Source: a virus (Duplodnaviria > Heunggongvirae > Uroviricota > Caudoviricetes). Taken from it: a stretch of 47,127 nucleotides of DNA. The position numbers were made by a program, and so were the translations under genes. Positions 6,986 to 18,500 of the stretch are shown in pieces. The stretch spans positions 69,712 through 116,838 of IMG/VR virus record IMGVR_UViG_3300037502_002518; one strand, written 5' to 3'. Within the stretch, counting starts at the first letter, position 1; each line of letters begins with the position of its first letter. The notes below the pieces were generated by a model. That model was not told where the DNA came from, did not search any database, and saw nothing but the letters and a program-made list of their open reading frames with translations.

Positions 6986-9900
6986 CTAGTTTAAGTCGAT
7001 TCTGCTACCAACAACTTTTACTCCGCTTGACGATATTTCAATATAATTGTTTGCATCTGCTCTTAGCCTTAAAACGTCTCCGCCAGATGATAATTCAACT
7101 CCAGTAAATGTCGCCAGTCCAGAATCATTAAAAGTTAAATGCTTTTCTTTTGCATATGAGTCTATATATTTAAACATAAATTTATCACTAGTCTTTTGAA
7201 TATAACCTCTGTCGTTTCCGTTATGGTCTCCTACTCCCCAAATCATTTCGGGGTAAGAGGTTTGAGCTGCTCCATTCAGTCTTATTATTAATTTTTCAAT
7301 ATCCGTAACACTTGTGTCTCCTGTCATTAGTTTCACAAAATTACTTCTGATATAAACATAATTTCTATATGTTGTAGGGTCAGCAGACTTAGGAATAGAC
7401 TTTAAACTGTTAACCATCAAATCAGAAATAAAGGCATCCGTTTCTTTGTCAAGAACTAGCTCTGACTCTCCGCCTTCTGGTTCAACAATAAGTTTCCTTG
7501 CTCTAATAGTTCCATCCATTGCAATCCAAATTCTTTTTTCTCCACCTACATCAATGGCGAACCCTTCTTCTTGATTTAATCTAATTTCTTCTCCATTTGA
7601 CCCAAAGACTGTTATACCTGTCTCTGCATCTAAAAGAATATTATTACCTAAATCACCATCAATAATTTTTAACCTTTTAGCAACTAAATCCTCTGCAATC
7701 AATGTTCCATCTGGAATGTCTGGATTCCCGATTGAACCATATATTTTATTCTCCCAATATACTCCATTCCATTTTTGTAAAGCTAGTCCATTTGTTGCAT
7801 TTAAAATAGCTCTATATTTCCCATCATCTCTAACTGCAACAAATCCTGCATCGCTCATCATTAAGTTGTTATAATATCCACCCATATTTATTCCAGAATA
7901 AGCCATAGAGTCTTCAATTTTATTTCTTAGTTTTTCTGCTTCGTCATAATATGTTTTGAATTTAAGAATAAACTCTGCTCTGTCGTTTACAGGTGTTGTT
8001 TGTTCTGTCAGTTCATCTGTTACATTAATCAATATTGGCTCATGAGGAGGTAGTGAAGTAACTTTAATGAAGCTACTAATATAAGAGACAAGCGAAAGAT
8101 ATGCATTTCTTAATGGTGCAATAGAATATAAATCTATATTACTCGCTGTCTCTGGGAATCTTTGAGTGTAAATGTCAAAAGCTCCATCAAGGTTTATATC
8201 TTTATCTCTACTGCTTCTTTGATATTTTTCAGCTTGAACTTTTAATGATTGATATTGAGAGCTTATTTGGTTCATTTCTTTTATAATTAACAGTTTTTCA
8301 TCTGTTGTCATCTTCCCGTCTTTTACAATCTTATTGAAGAACCCTAAGTTGAACTCTCCCGTTTCTGCATCAAGAATAATGTTGTCAAATTCATCATTGC
8401 TTACAATTTTAATGTTGCTCGCAATCATGTCTCTGCTGTATAATATTCCTGTATTTGGGTCTGTCCAAAAAATCTTTTTCCATCCGTCTGGATGTTTTAG
8501 GGTGTCAGTTGTTAATTGCTCAACAGCAAATCCTTCTAAGTCAGATATTGTGACCTTGTTGACATTGTTAAATGCTGTCAGACCAAATTCATCTGGGGTT
8601 TCATCAATAAGACCTAATTTCATTACCAGATTTCCTTCTCTGTCGAAAATCTCACCTTTAGAGCCTTGGAATTTCAAAACTCCGTCTTCGTCTTCTAGTG
8701 CAAGGTTTACACCCATGAAAATTTTTCCATACACACGCTCCCCAATAATTCCCTCGCTCGTTATGGCATGCTTCCAAGTATTCCCACCATCGTTGGTGAT
8801 AGCAATCATACCATTAATACCAACAAGATAAACATTTGGGTCATTAGGGTCTCTAATTATTAACCCTCTGTCTGAGATTTCAACAACTTGGTCTTTTGCT
8901 CCAACAATTGCCTGTTTGTTGGCATCCCATATACCATTAATAATTTCATTAATTTTACCATTGTTTTCTTTAGATAAGTCCCACTTCCAACTATCAATAT
9001 CAACAACAGAAGATGAGCTATATGACTTATAAAGCATTTCTAAGAATTTGTCTTGGTCGTTCTTTAAAGCTTCAACATTACTAATTGTTAAACTAATGTC
9101 ATCTGTTTCAAAGTCGTGTTCAATTTCAGTAATCTTAGCTTTGTAATTCATCTCTAATCTTTCATACTCTATTCTAAACGAATCTCCCAATACAACCTTG
9201 TCCCAGTTGTGCTGTTCTGTTATAGCAGAGAATAAATTAAACAATGAAACTGTAAGAGTAATTCTTTGTTCTTGCATTTGGTCAAAAACTTTGTGACCTT
9301 CTTCAAATAAATCATCTGGGTCAGTAATATTGGTATCTTCCCATTCCTCATCGTGAATGAAAGAATTCCATTCTGTTATCTCATCGTTAGTGAAGTTGTT
9401 GTGAATTGCAAGCTCTTCTCTAAGCAATTCAATCTCATAGTCCACTTCTGCAACATCTTGCTCATAGTATATATTCTCATTCTCTTGGCTATCAATTAAA
9501 CCTTTTTGAATTTGAATTTCGTTTAATATAGAATCTCTTTGTGAAACCAAGTCATTCATTTCGTCTTCTAATATTGGTTTCATTGTTTCATCATATCTAT
9601 TGTCTGCACTATCTATTTCATCAGACTTTTTCGCAATCCTAGTGTTTAGAGCATCTCTTTCATCAAGTAAGGTAGCAAGATGTGACTTTAGTCCAAATAG
9701 GTTGCTATCTTCATTATTTAATATCTCTTGCAGAGTCCTCTTTTGTCCAAGTAGCGTATTGAATTCATCTTCTTTACCTCTAACTTTATCACGATATTTT
9801 ATAATAGCATGAGCAAGTTCATCACTCATGTAATCACTTTTAGTTATTACTGTATAAGTCCCATCTGGATGTAATTCTTCTTCATATGGCTGAAGGTAAA

Positions 9901-10666
9901 CAGAATAATCTTCGATATATGGCGCTCCTGTTGGATTGACCGACTGAACACTCATTCCTTCTTTTCCATATAGATATAATCTTGTAATGATATTATCTGC
10001 ATTGTCATTTTCTTCTACATTTTCAAGTAGCTTGCCATACTTAATTTTAAATCCTTTATCTTGACCAATATTTGATGGCATATAAAAGCTTACTTTTCTA
10101 CTGTTTGTGTCCCACACAATCAATGCATTGAATGTTTTTGCAATATTGACTATTGTTTCTAAAACTGTTGCCTTAGAAACTTCCATAGAGCGATATTTCA
10201 TCACGAACTCCGAGTCTACATATCCCACGTTCCAATTTGTTTTCTCAAGAACAAATTCTAGTTGCTCTTGTGCATTCATTGAATCTTCTTCAATCTCTCT
10301 TAATAGCTTTGAATTTAATTCAAACCCTAAAGAATAAGCCTCAATGTCTAAATATTCTTCATCTCCACCATTTTTTGTAATGCTACTAATTATAAAGTAT
10401 TCTTCATAATTTTCTAGCACAAATTTAATTAAGTATTTCCCTTTGATAAGTCTTGAGCTATCTATTTTTACAATCTCATGTCTTCTGTTTATAAAATTTG
10501 GTATTCTAAATGTTAATTCATCTAATGCACCCAGTTTTTGATTAAACTTTATATCATAAGCGTTGTTGATATTATCAATAATTTCTCTATTTGGTTTACA
10601 TAGCTTTAACTTTGGCTTGGAGGACTCTTTCTTTAAGTCTATCTTTCCTAATTTTGTGTCAATCAT
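6986..10666 (-). CDS. Tail tip hub/central fibre-spike protein (Tal/YomG-like) ending in a gp5-like beta-helix motif
   Basis: N-terminal prophage-tail hub motifs (WNVGYVD, IKYGKLL, ITRLYLYGKEG), coiled coil, beta-rich repeats, C-terminus YIEISSSGVKVVGSRIDLN. Follows the Dit genes. Confidence 0.8.
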   Translation of the reverse strand: MIDTKLGKIDLKKESSKPKLKLCKPNREIIDNINNAYDIKFNQKLGALDELTFRIPNFINRRHEIVKIDSSRLIKGKYLIKFVLENYEEYFIISSITKNGGDEEYLDIEAYSLGFELNSKLLREIEEDSMNAQEQLEFVLEKTNWNVGYVDSEFVMKYRSMEVSKATVLETIVNIAKTFNALIVWDTNSRKVSFYMPSNIGQDKGFKIKYGKLLENVEENDNADNIITRLYLYGKEGMSVQSVNPTGAPYIEDYSVYLQPYEEELHPDGTYTVITKSDYMSDELAHAIIKYRDKVRGKEDEFNTLLGQKRTLQEILNNEDSNLFGLKSHLATLLDERDALNTRIAKKSDEIDSADNRYDETMKPILEDEMNDLVSQRDSILNEIQIQKGLIDSQENENIYYEQDVAEVDYEIELLREELAIHNNFTNDEITEWNSFIHDEEWEDTNITDPDDLFEEGHKVFDQMQEQRITLTVSLFNLFSAITEQHNWDKVVLGDSFRIEYERLEMNYKAKITEIEHDFETDDISLTISNVEALKNDQDKFLEMLYKSYSSSSVVDIDSWKWDLSKENNGKINEIINGIWDANKQAIVGAKDQVVEISDRGLIIRDPNDPNVYLVGINGMIAITNDGGNTWKHAITSEGIIGERVYGKIFMGVNLALEDEDGVLKFQGSKGEIFDREGNLVMKLGLIDETPDEFGLTAFNNVNKVTISDLEGFAVEQLTTDTLKHPDGWKKIFWTDPNTGILYSRDMIASNIKIVSNDEFDNIILDAETGEFNLGFFNKIVKDGKMTTDEKLLIIKEMNQISSQYQSLKVQAEKYQRSSRDKDINLDGAFDIYTQRFPETASNIDLYSIAPLRNAYLSLVSYISSFIKVTSLPPHEPILINVTDELTEQTTPVNDRAEFILKFKTYYDEAEKLRNKIEDSMAYSGINMGGYYNNLMMSDAGFVAVRDDGKYRAILNATNGLALQKWNGVYWENKIYGSIGNPDIPDGTLIAEDLVAKRLKIIDGDLGNNILLDAETGITVFGSNGEEIRLNQEEGFAIDVGGEKRIWIAMDGTIRARKLIVEPEGGESELVLDKETDAFISDLMVNSLKSIPKSADPTTYRNYVYIRSNFVKLMTGDTSVTDIEKLIIRLNGAAQTSYPEMIWGVGDHNGNDRGYIQKTSDKFMFKYIDSYAKEKHLTFNDSGLATFTGVELSSGGDVLRLRADANNYIEISSSGVKVVGSRIDLN

Positions 10667-10680
10667 CTTACCACCTCACT

Positions 10681-11328
10681 TTATCCTTGAATTGTTTTAA
10701 ACTCTAATTTAATTGCCATCTCAAAGTCGCCTTCTCCAGAAAGGAGATTATCTCCAACTTCTAATTCTAAAAATACATCATTATGATTGTTGTAACGGTA
10801 TGTCATAGGCAAATCTGTAACAATATCTTCATTCTCACAATCGACATAAATTGTCTCTCCATTGTTAATCATTCCAAAAATCATTTCTTTTCCAGTCGTT
10901 TCATTTTTTAGCTTTATATCTCCACTGCCATTGATTTTCTTCAGCCAAACCTCTGGCTTTAGTGGGACATCACCTTCATTTTTTATATTGAATGCTCCAA
11001 TCAAGCTGAAGTCAATAGAATTGAATGTTGGTGAAGCCCCTCCAATGTTAGTTCCTAAGTCAAACTCCAACATATATTGCATCTTTAAATTCTCAAGATA
11101 AAAACCATTATCATAAAAGAATCTATAGGGGAATCCATAACTGACATCAATCCACTCACCCCAGTCAATCCCTCCATTGTATGACAATCTGGAAAGGACT
11201 CTCATTGAACCTCCACCATTTGAACTGTCAATGTTAACATCAGAAAAGTAATGATTGTAGTTTGAACTTACATCTATTTCCTCGGAAATATACGAGCCAT
11301 TAAGATTGTAAATGTCCGTCCATTTCAA
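10681..11328 (-). CDS. Distal tail protein, C-terminal half (second piece of split Dit)
   Basis: TTG start with RBS AGGAGGTGA. C-terminal NEGDVPLKPEVW...GETIYVDCENEDI...YRYNNHNDVFLELEVGDN is the usual C-terminal part of YomH-type Dit. Confidence 0.7.
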   Translation of the reverse strand: MKWTDIYNLNGSYISEEIDVSSNYNHYFSDVNIDSSNGGGSMRVLSRLSYNGGIDWGEWIDVSYGFPYRFFYDNGFYLENLKMQYMLEFDLGTNIGGASPTFNSIDFSLIGAFNIKNEGDVPLKPEVWLKKINGSGDIKLKNETTGKEMIFGMINNGETIYVDCENEDIVTDLPMTYRYNNHNDVFLELEVGDNLLSGEGDFEMAIKLEFKTIQG

Positions 11329-11341
11329 GGGCTTTCACCTC

Positions 11342-11992
11342 CTATTCTATTTTTCCAAAGCCTCTAAAATTTGAAGCATCTCCGCTTTCTTGCCATCTTG
11401 CCATTTTATATGTTCTCCATTGGACAGACCCATCAATAACTTCTGTCGTTGGTGTTTGTGACCAAGTTGGAGAGTTTGAACCAGATACACCTGCTGTTGT
11501 ACATCTGTAATAATAATATGGATTTTGCTGACCTGCTGGTACAACAATGTCACCAACATTGTACGCATAATCTGCAATCCACTCTTGAACGTCTCTCATG
11601 TCTAAAACTGTCGAACCACTTGCAACAGTAAACATAGGTTCGTTCAAAACAGAAGTTCCACTTTCAATACATTGGTAAACATGACCATTGTGTGTTGTTG
11701 GCATTCTTAAATCTCCAACAGAGTATTCTGTATTCGCTTCCCACTCTGGAGCATAAGTTCCTTCTTGAACATTAATCCATCCTGCATACTCACCAACTAA
11801 TGGAGTTAAATTCCAAAGTCTCATACCTCTTGGGTACGAGACTCCCTCTGTTAAGAAATATTCTAAAGTCATTGTTTCATTATCTATTAAATCATCAATT
11901 TTTTGAAAGTTTTCACTTAAATGATTAATTGTATCGATTACATCATCTGTAATTTCTGGCTTTTTTAATAAGTGCTTACTTGTTTCTATCAA
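11342..11992 (-). CDS. Tail-fibre-like accessory protein with nested W..NT.Y.VGD repeats
   Basis: N-terminal LLKKPEITD...INHLSENFQKID anchor-like motif, two W.A..[EA]Y.VGD repeats, terminal W..FGKI motif. Confidence 0.6.
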   Translation of the reverse strand: MIETSKHLLKKPEITDDVIDTINHLSENFQKIDDLIDNETMTLEYFLTEGVSYPRGMRLWNLTPLVGEYAGWINVQEGTYAPEWEANTEYSVGDLRMPTTHNGHVYQCIESGTSVLNEPMFTVASGSTVLDMRDVQEWIADYAYNVGDIVVPAGQQNPYYYYRCTTAGVSGSNSPTWSQTPTTEVIDGSVQWRTYKMARWQESGDASNFRGFGKIE

Positions 11993-12582
11993 TCGAAATC
12001 ACTCCATTTCATCCCATTTAACATGCTCCAATTAACATTTGCCATATCTATTTTTAAAGTTCCGTTGTCTAATGTTAGTGTGTCAAATTTTGTAATATCT
12101 AAGTCATTGGCTGTAGATAAATAATTTTTTACAAACCTCGTATTATCAAAATACATATTATCAATTACTTGCTGTTTTGAATAGCTATATGGGCTATCAC
12201 ATCTCATCCTTACAGAGAAATATCCTTGACCTGCACCAGTATGAGTTAAGGTTGAGTCTCCAATCGGCATACAGTAAAATATCCTATTGTTATTTGAGAC
12301 AGTGTAGAATGGTTTGTAAAAATCTTGGTTGAACAACCTAGCAACTCTTCTTATTTTATCTTCATCATAATCAAACTCAAAAGCAAATGACAAATCAAAT
12401 TCCAGAGGGGATTTTTCTACCCTCTGGAAATATGGTGTGCCTTTACCTGCTACTTTAACTTCTTTAATTTCCCTATCTGGGAGGAATGCTTCTTCAAACA
12501 TTCCTCCATCAAGCTTTACATTGAACAGTCCTAAGTCATTAGACTTTATTCCATCGTAACTAAAATGAATACCTTCTAGCAC
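11989..12582 (-). CDS. Distal tail protein, N-terminal half (Dit/YomH-like)
   Basis: HFSYDGIKSNDLG, PLEFDLSFAF, RIFYCMP and GYFSVRMRCDSPYSYS are Dit N-domain motifs. Immediately downstream of the TMP. Confidence 0.8.
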   Translation of the reverse strand: MLEGIHFSYDGIKSNDLGLFNVKLDGGMFEEAFLPDREIKEVKVAGKGTPYFQRVEKSPLEFDLSFAFEFDYDEDKIRRVARLFNQDFYKPFYTVSNNNRIFYCMPIGDSTLTHTGAGQGYFSVRMRCDSPYSYSKQQVIDNMYFDNTRFVKNYLSTANDLDITKFDTLTLDNGTLKIDMANVNWSMLNGMKWSDFD

Positions 12583-15500
12583 TACACCCTACCTCCTTTT
12601 TCTCTTTTTAGTTTTGTCATTAATTGTCTTGATACTGCATCCAATTCTTTTCTATCACCACTGAAGTTATCAACATTGACATCAAGGTCATAGTTGTAAT
12701 TCACCACTTGTGGCTCACTACTTCCACCTACAGCATTTTTAATGGCATTTTGTAATTTTATATAATCAATACTGTTCAATTTTGAAGAGATTGATTTCAT
12801 AATATCACTTTGTCCTCCACCTTTAGGCAGAATATCTTTAATGCCATCAACAATTTTTGCTGTTTTAAGAATGTCTTTTGTTTGAACTTTGTTAGCAATC
12901 ATCTCTTGTTCATGTAGCATTGCAATTTTTCCACCGCTAAACTTAGGTGTAATTCCACCCTTGTTTAATTTTGCAATCCACTTTCCAGAAGACCAACCTG
13001 TTTTATTTCCATACTTAACATTGTACCATCCGTTTTTTTCACCCATTATTTGCATTTCTGAGCCTTTTTTCATAACTCCAACAATTCTGTTTTGTGTTCC
13101 AATACCTGTTCTGATAAACAGGTCTCCTATTGTTTTCCCTTTTTGGGTTTTTGGTTTGCTTGGCTCTGAAGATTTATTTGATGAAGAAGATGAGCTTGAG
13201 CTAGATGTTTTGTTTGTATCATAGTTCTCTGCATCAGTAGGGTCTGTTTTTACACTATCGCTTGCTCTCTCTTCGGACACATAATCTTTTTCTCCTGCTA
13301 GGTCTTTTCCTTTAATGCTGTCATAGTCTGGAATTGACATGTTTTTAAGTCCTGTTAGTTCGTCTATTGCTTCTCTTATTTTAGATGTTAGATTTCTTTC
13401 AACACTGTTCCCTAAACCTTCCATTCTAGAAGATACATCTTTATCCCAAGCTGTTAAGTCTTCTAACATATTTGAGAAGTGACCGTTCATTATATTTTCT
13501 CTCATATGTGAGAATTTTTCTTCGTCATTGAGCATATCTTCCCAATGTTTTTCTCTTTCTTCTCTTAACTCTTCTTGATTTTTAGTGAAATTCTCGTAAT
13601 CTTCTTCATAACCTTCTCTTTTGGACTCTACTTTTTCTATCTCTTCTTCTTTTAAGTCTTTAAGGTTTTCTTTTCTTAGAGTAAGCTCTCTTTGATACTT
13701 TAGTTCTTCGATTTCTGACAGTTTGTCTGACAGTTGTTCTTCCAGTTCTTCTCTTTCTGCTCTGGCTCTATAAGAATCATCTAGAGATAAGATATTGATT
13801 CTCTCTCTAATTTTCCTCTCTTCTTCTTGGAGACCTTGTAAGTCCATATTAAACGTTCTTTCAGCATCTTCCTTGTCAAGCTCATCAATCTGCTTGTCAT
13901 AAATATCTGAGATTGCATCCATTTGCTCATCGAGGTGCTTCATTCTCTTTCTATGAGCCTTATCTTCTAACTTCATCGTTTCTTCGTATTTTTTTTCTTC
14001 AGCTCTTCTTTGAGACTCTAATTGTTCTTTATAAATCTCGACATATGTGTCAGCAATTTGAGAATAATAATTTTCCATTTCTTTCTGATTGTCTTTAATA
14101 GCCATATTCGAGTCATACAAGGCATCTTCTTGTTTTCTAATCTCTTCATTTATTTTCGCTTGAGCTTCATGATTTCCTTCAAACTCTTTTCTTTGCTGTT
14201 TTAGTTTTTTTATATTTTCTTCTATATCTTTTGATTGACCTTTGTTGTACTGCATTATTTCTTTTAATGCAGAAATGTTTCCTTTGTAATCGTCCTCGTC
14301 AATATCATATTCCATTTTGTCTCTTATTCTTGTAATTGCTTTGCTATAGGCTTCTGCTTCTCTTGCAATTTTTTCAAATGTTTTATTCATTTCTAATTCA
14401 TGAAGCAAATTTATCATTTCTCTTGTTTCTTCATTTGTACTAAGGAGAGCTTCTTCCGTAGCATTTAACATTTTTACAATTTCTTCTCTTTGTGCTTGAG
14501 TTAAATTTTTATTATTTTTCAATTGGCTTTCTAATGCTCTAATTTCATCTCTATATGTTTTTTCTGCCTCTTTAGATTTTGTAATTTTCCGATTAACTAA
14601 TCTTTCATATGCTTTAGATGATTCATTGTATAGACCCATTGAATATTCAATATAGTTAATCTCATTGTCCAGTGTATCTCTTTGTTTTTCAAATCCTGCG
14701 CTTATGGCACTTACAAGTTCCATATTTAAAGATTCTATTTGAGAACCTATAGAATAAGACTCACTATATAATGAATTTAATCTCTTTGTTGCTTCATCAA
14801 TTTCTTGTTGAATCTCTGCTCTTTTAGCTCTAGCTGTCTTGTTGTCTGAATCATCATCTAGTCTAATAAGACCTGTTTTTTGAATGTTTTTATTCTTGAT
14901 TTGCTTTTCTAGAGATTTAATTTCATTGTTTATAGCTTTCTCTTTTGCTTCTGTTAGTCTAATTTCTTCTTTTATGCTGTTTTGGTATTGTTTACTTCCT
15001 TCTGAATATTTACTTTGGATTGCTTGTTGTTCCGCAATCTTTCTATTTAAGTTGTCAATTTTATTTGTATATTCATCTGTTACATAAATTGCATCTTGAA
15101 GCTCTTTTGTGGCATCAGATTTTCCAGATTTAGAGCCACTAGAACTAGAGCTTCCACCAGTTATACTACCAAGGTTGCTAGTGAAATCGAAATTTAATAA
15201 TTTTGTTAAACGTGCCTCTTCTGCGCCAAGGTCTTGGTATGCTCCAATGAGGCTTCCAACTTCATGTTTCGCATGCATAGCTTCAGAATATCCCCAGTAA
15301 TTACCTTGTCTTAGCTGTTCTTGACCTTTTTGTTCTAACTCCTTTAGGTCTATGTTGGCAACTTTTTGTTTTGCATCTATTAAAACTCCATATGCATTAA
15401 CTCGTGTCAATATAGCCCTAATGTCTGTTTCTGCCATAGCCTTAGCGTTTTTTGCCTCTTGTCTTTTTGATTCAAGGTCTGCTTTGAAGGCTTTTTCTTT

Positions 15501-18500
15501 TATACTTGCCAACTCTCTTATTGACTCTCCAGTTATCTTAATTGTTCCATTTTCTATTTCCATCTGGTCAATCAACTCTGGGTGGGCATCAATTAAGTCA
15601 AATGTTTGACTTAATGACATTTCTTGACCATCTGCCAAATCTCTATAAGCTGAATCCAAATCGCTAATTTCATCAACAAAACCTGTTAAAATAGGGTTAA
15701 CATCTCTTGCCCAATTAAATGAGCTTGCTACCTCTTTATTTTTTTGTGCAACTTGGATTAAAGAGTCTCTTATTGACCTTAATACTGAGGCTAATCTTTC
15801 TCCTTCGCTTGAACCATCATTAACTTTACTAATAAGGGTGTTGAAGGTTTGCTCCATTTCTTCGGATGTACCAGTCATATTCATCAAGCTGTCAAGGTCT
15901 ACATCGTATGCTTCTAAACTGCTAAAAGCTTCTGACATAAGTGATGGTAAATCATCTTTGATAAATCCTGCCAAATCACCATTTGCAAAATCTTCTAGAT
16001 TGTTGACTATTTCATCCTTAAATGTTGTCAAGAAAACAAACTCATTAGAATCTGTTTCTACATCCATATCTTTCAATATAAATCCAAACATTTCATTCAC
16101 ATCTGCTGTAAATGATTCCATATTTGATTGAATGTCTTCTTTGTTGTCATTTATTTTTTCATTTATTTCATCATTTGTCACTTGAAGAGAGTCTATAGCC
16201 CTATTTAAGAAGTTTTTTGCTGAATCAACATCCCCTTGAATTAATGCACTGTCTACATTCATATCAAATTCCATCATTATTGATGAAACCTCTCCAGCGC
16301 CAAGGTTTGACTCTTCCAGTCTTCTCTGAAACTCTTTTCTAAGTTCGATAGCTTTTTTATCCATCTCTTCAATTGGAAGATTCATTCCTGCTATCTGTTC
16401 TTTTAGAAAGTCTTCTGCAAATTCAAGCGCTTCTATTCTTGACTGATTTAGATTGCTATCTCTTACTAAGCCTGCTCCAGCTCCAACAGACCTCTCTAGT
16501 TCAGAATAATCAGCTCCATCTAACTCTTCTTCAAACAGTTTTCTTTTATTCTTTTCATATTCTTCATCTTTCGCCTTGTTCATTTTTCTGATAGCTTCTG
16601 CTGTCTTTAATACTGCTTCTCTCTCGCTATCGTAATATGCAATCATCTCTGGCATTGCATCAATAACATCATCTCTTAATCCAATGTATCTTTCATATTG
16701 AGATGTGTCTAATTCTTCTACATTTTTTGAATGAAGGGACATAAATTCGTCAAAGTTTACGCTTTCTTTTGCTGTTTGTAATCTTTCATATGCTGTTATT
16801 TCATCCTCTAGTCTCTCTATGTTTCTTTCTCTTGCTTCTTTTTCTCTGTTTGCTAATTTTATAACTAGATTTGTAGCTGTTGAAATAACTGCTATCCATG
16901 CTGTCATTTTCAAAATACCAGATATTACATGTTTCCCAGCTATACCAAATCCTCTTAATGACATACTTGCACTTTTTGTTGCTTCTCCTGTTCTTCCCAT
17001 TTCTCTTCCGAGTATTGTTGTTTGGGTTGCTGTTGTTGCTATATCTCTACCAGATTTCTCTGCTGGAATAGAAGCAAGCCCATCTCTCATTGCTCCAATA
17101 TTAAATACAGACTCCCTTAACTGTTTTGAACCCATTACGGAGAACAGTGTTGCCCCTGTTGTTAATATTGCTGTAGAGCCAAAGGCATCTACAAGTTGTG
17201 TCATAACATTTACCAAGTCTGTCAATAGGTCGATTCCCAACTTTAGAGCATCTTTATCGAGCAATGTGTTCCAGAAAGTCTCTGAAGCAACTCTAAGTTG
17301 ATTCATTCTGTACTGAATGCTTTCCATGTACTTTTCCATTTCTCGTGTTGCTGAACCTGCTGAGTTTAGACCAGCTTCATATGAACCCTCAGCATCATCC
17401 CAGTTTTGAATCATGGCAGATACGATTGCCCCTTGTCTTTTACCCCCAAGTTTTTCTGTAATGTTTGCTTGTTCAATATCTGACAAATCTTCCCAGTTGT
17501 CTTTTAATGATTGCATAATGTCAAATGTTGATTTGAATGTGTCTTCATCAAGCATAATTGTTTCACCAAAACTATTGAACATGCCCTCTAGTTCTGGAAT
17601 AAGCTCTTTGATTTCTTCCCCTTCTTCATCAACACCTCTTATTCTCATAGCAACCGTCTTAAGTGCATTCCCAACCTTTTGTGGGTCTTGAACACTGGCA
17701 TTTGCAGATGTAACTAAAGCTACCGATTGCTCTAATGTGTTACCTGCTTGATAAAGTGTTGATGCCGAACGTTGTAATGCTTCACCAATACCTTGTTGCG
17801 AGATGGCAAAGTTATTACTTACTTCGTTAAATACATCGACTACTTTTCTTACTGATTGCCCAGTGCTATCTACTTCAATTCCAAAGCCTTTGATTGTTGA
17901 AATGATACTTGTTGTGGCATCATCAATGTTCATGTCACCAACGTTAGAGTATAAAATTGCGTTCTTACTCAATTCTGTTGACTCTTGAAGTGTATAACCT
18001 AATTTTTGGAACTGTGTAGCTGAATCAATAGCTTCTTTTGTTAATACCCCTAATGTATTCCCAATGTCTGTAGCTGTTTGTTCAAACTCTCTCAGTTCTG
18101 TTGTTGTTCCAGATGTCACCTTTCTTAAGTTGGTCATGGATGCATCAATATCAAGAACACCTTGGAACCCTTGTTGGATTTGTCTCATTCCTGCATAGAA
18201 CATTGTCATTGCTGACATCCATACTGGAATTTTCTTCATTGCTTCTCCAAGTCTACCAAACATAGAGTTGTGTCTATCTGTTACATCATTTCTTCCAGCA
18301 AGAACCATCTTATCAAATTCTGCAATTTCTTTTTTGACATTGTTTAAACCATCATCAAAATCTCTACCACTCAATGTTGTTAAACGTTCTAACTCTTCAT
18401 TGATTCTCTCAATTTCAACTCTAGCTTTTCTAAATTCATCCCTAGCATCTAATGAATTAAATGCACGAGATGCACGAATAGATTTTGTATCAAATCTGTC

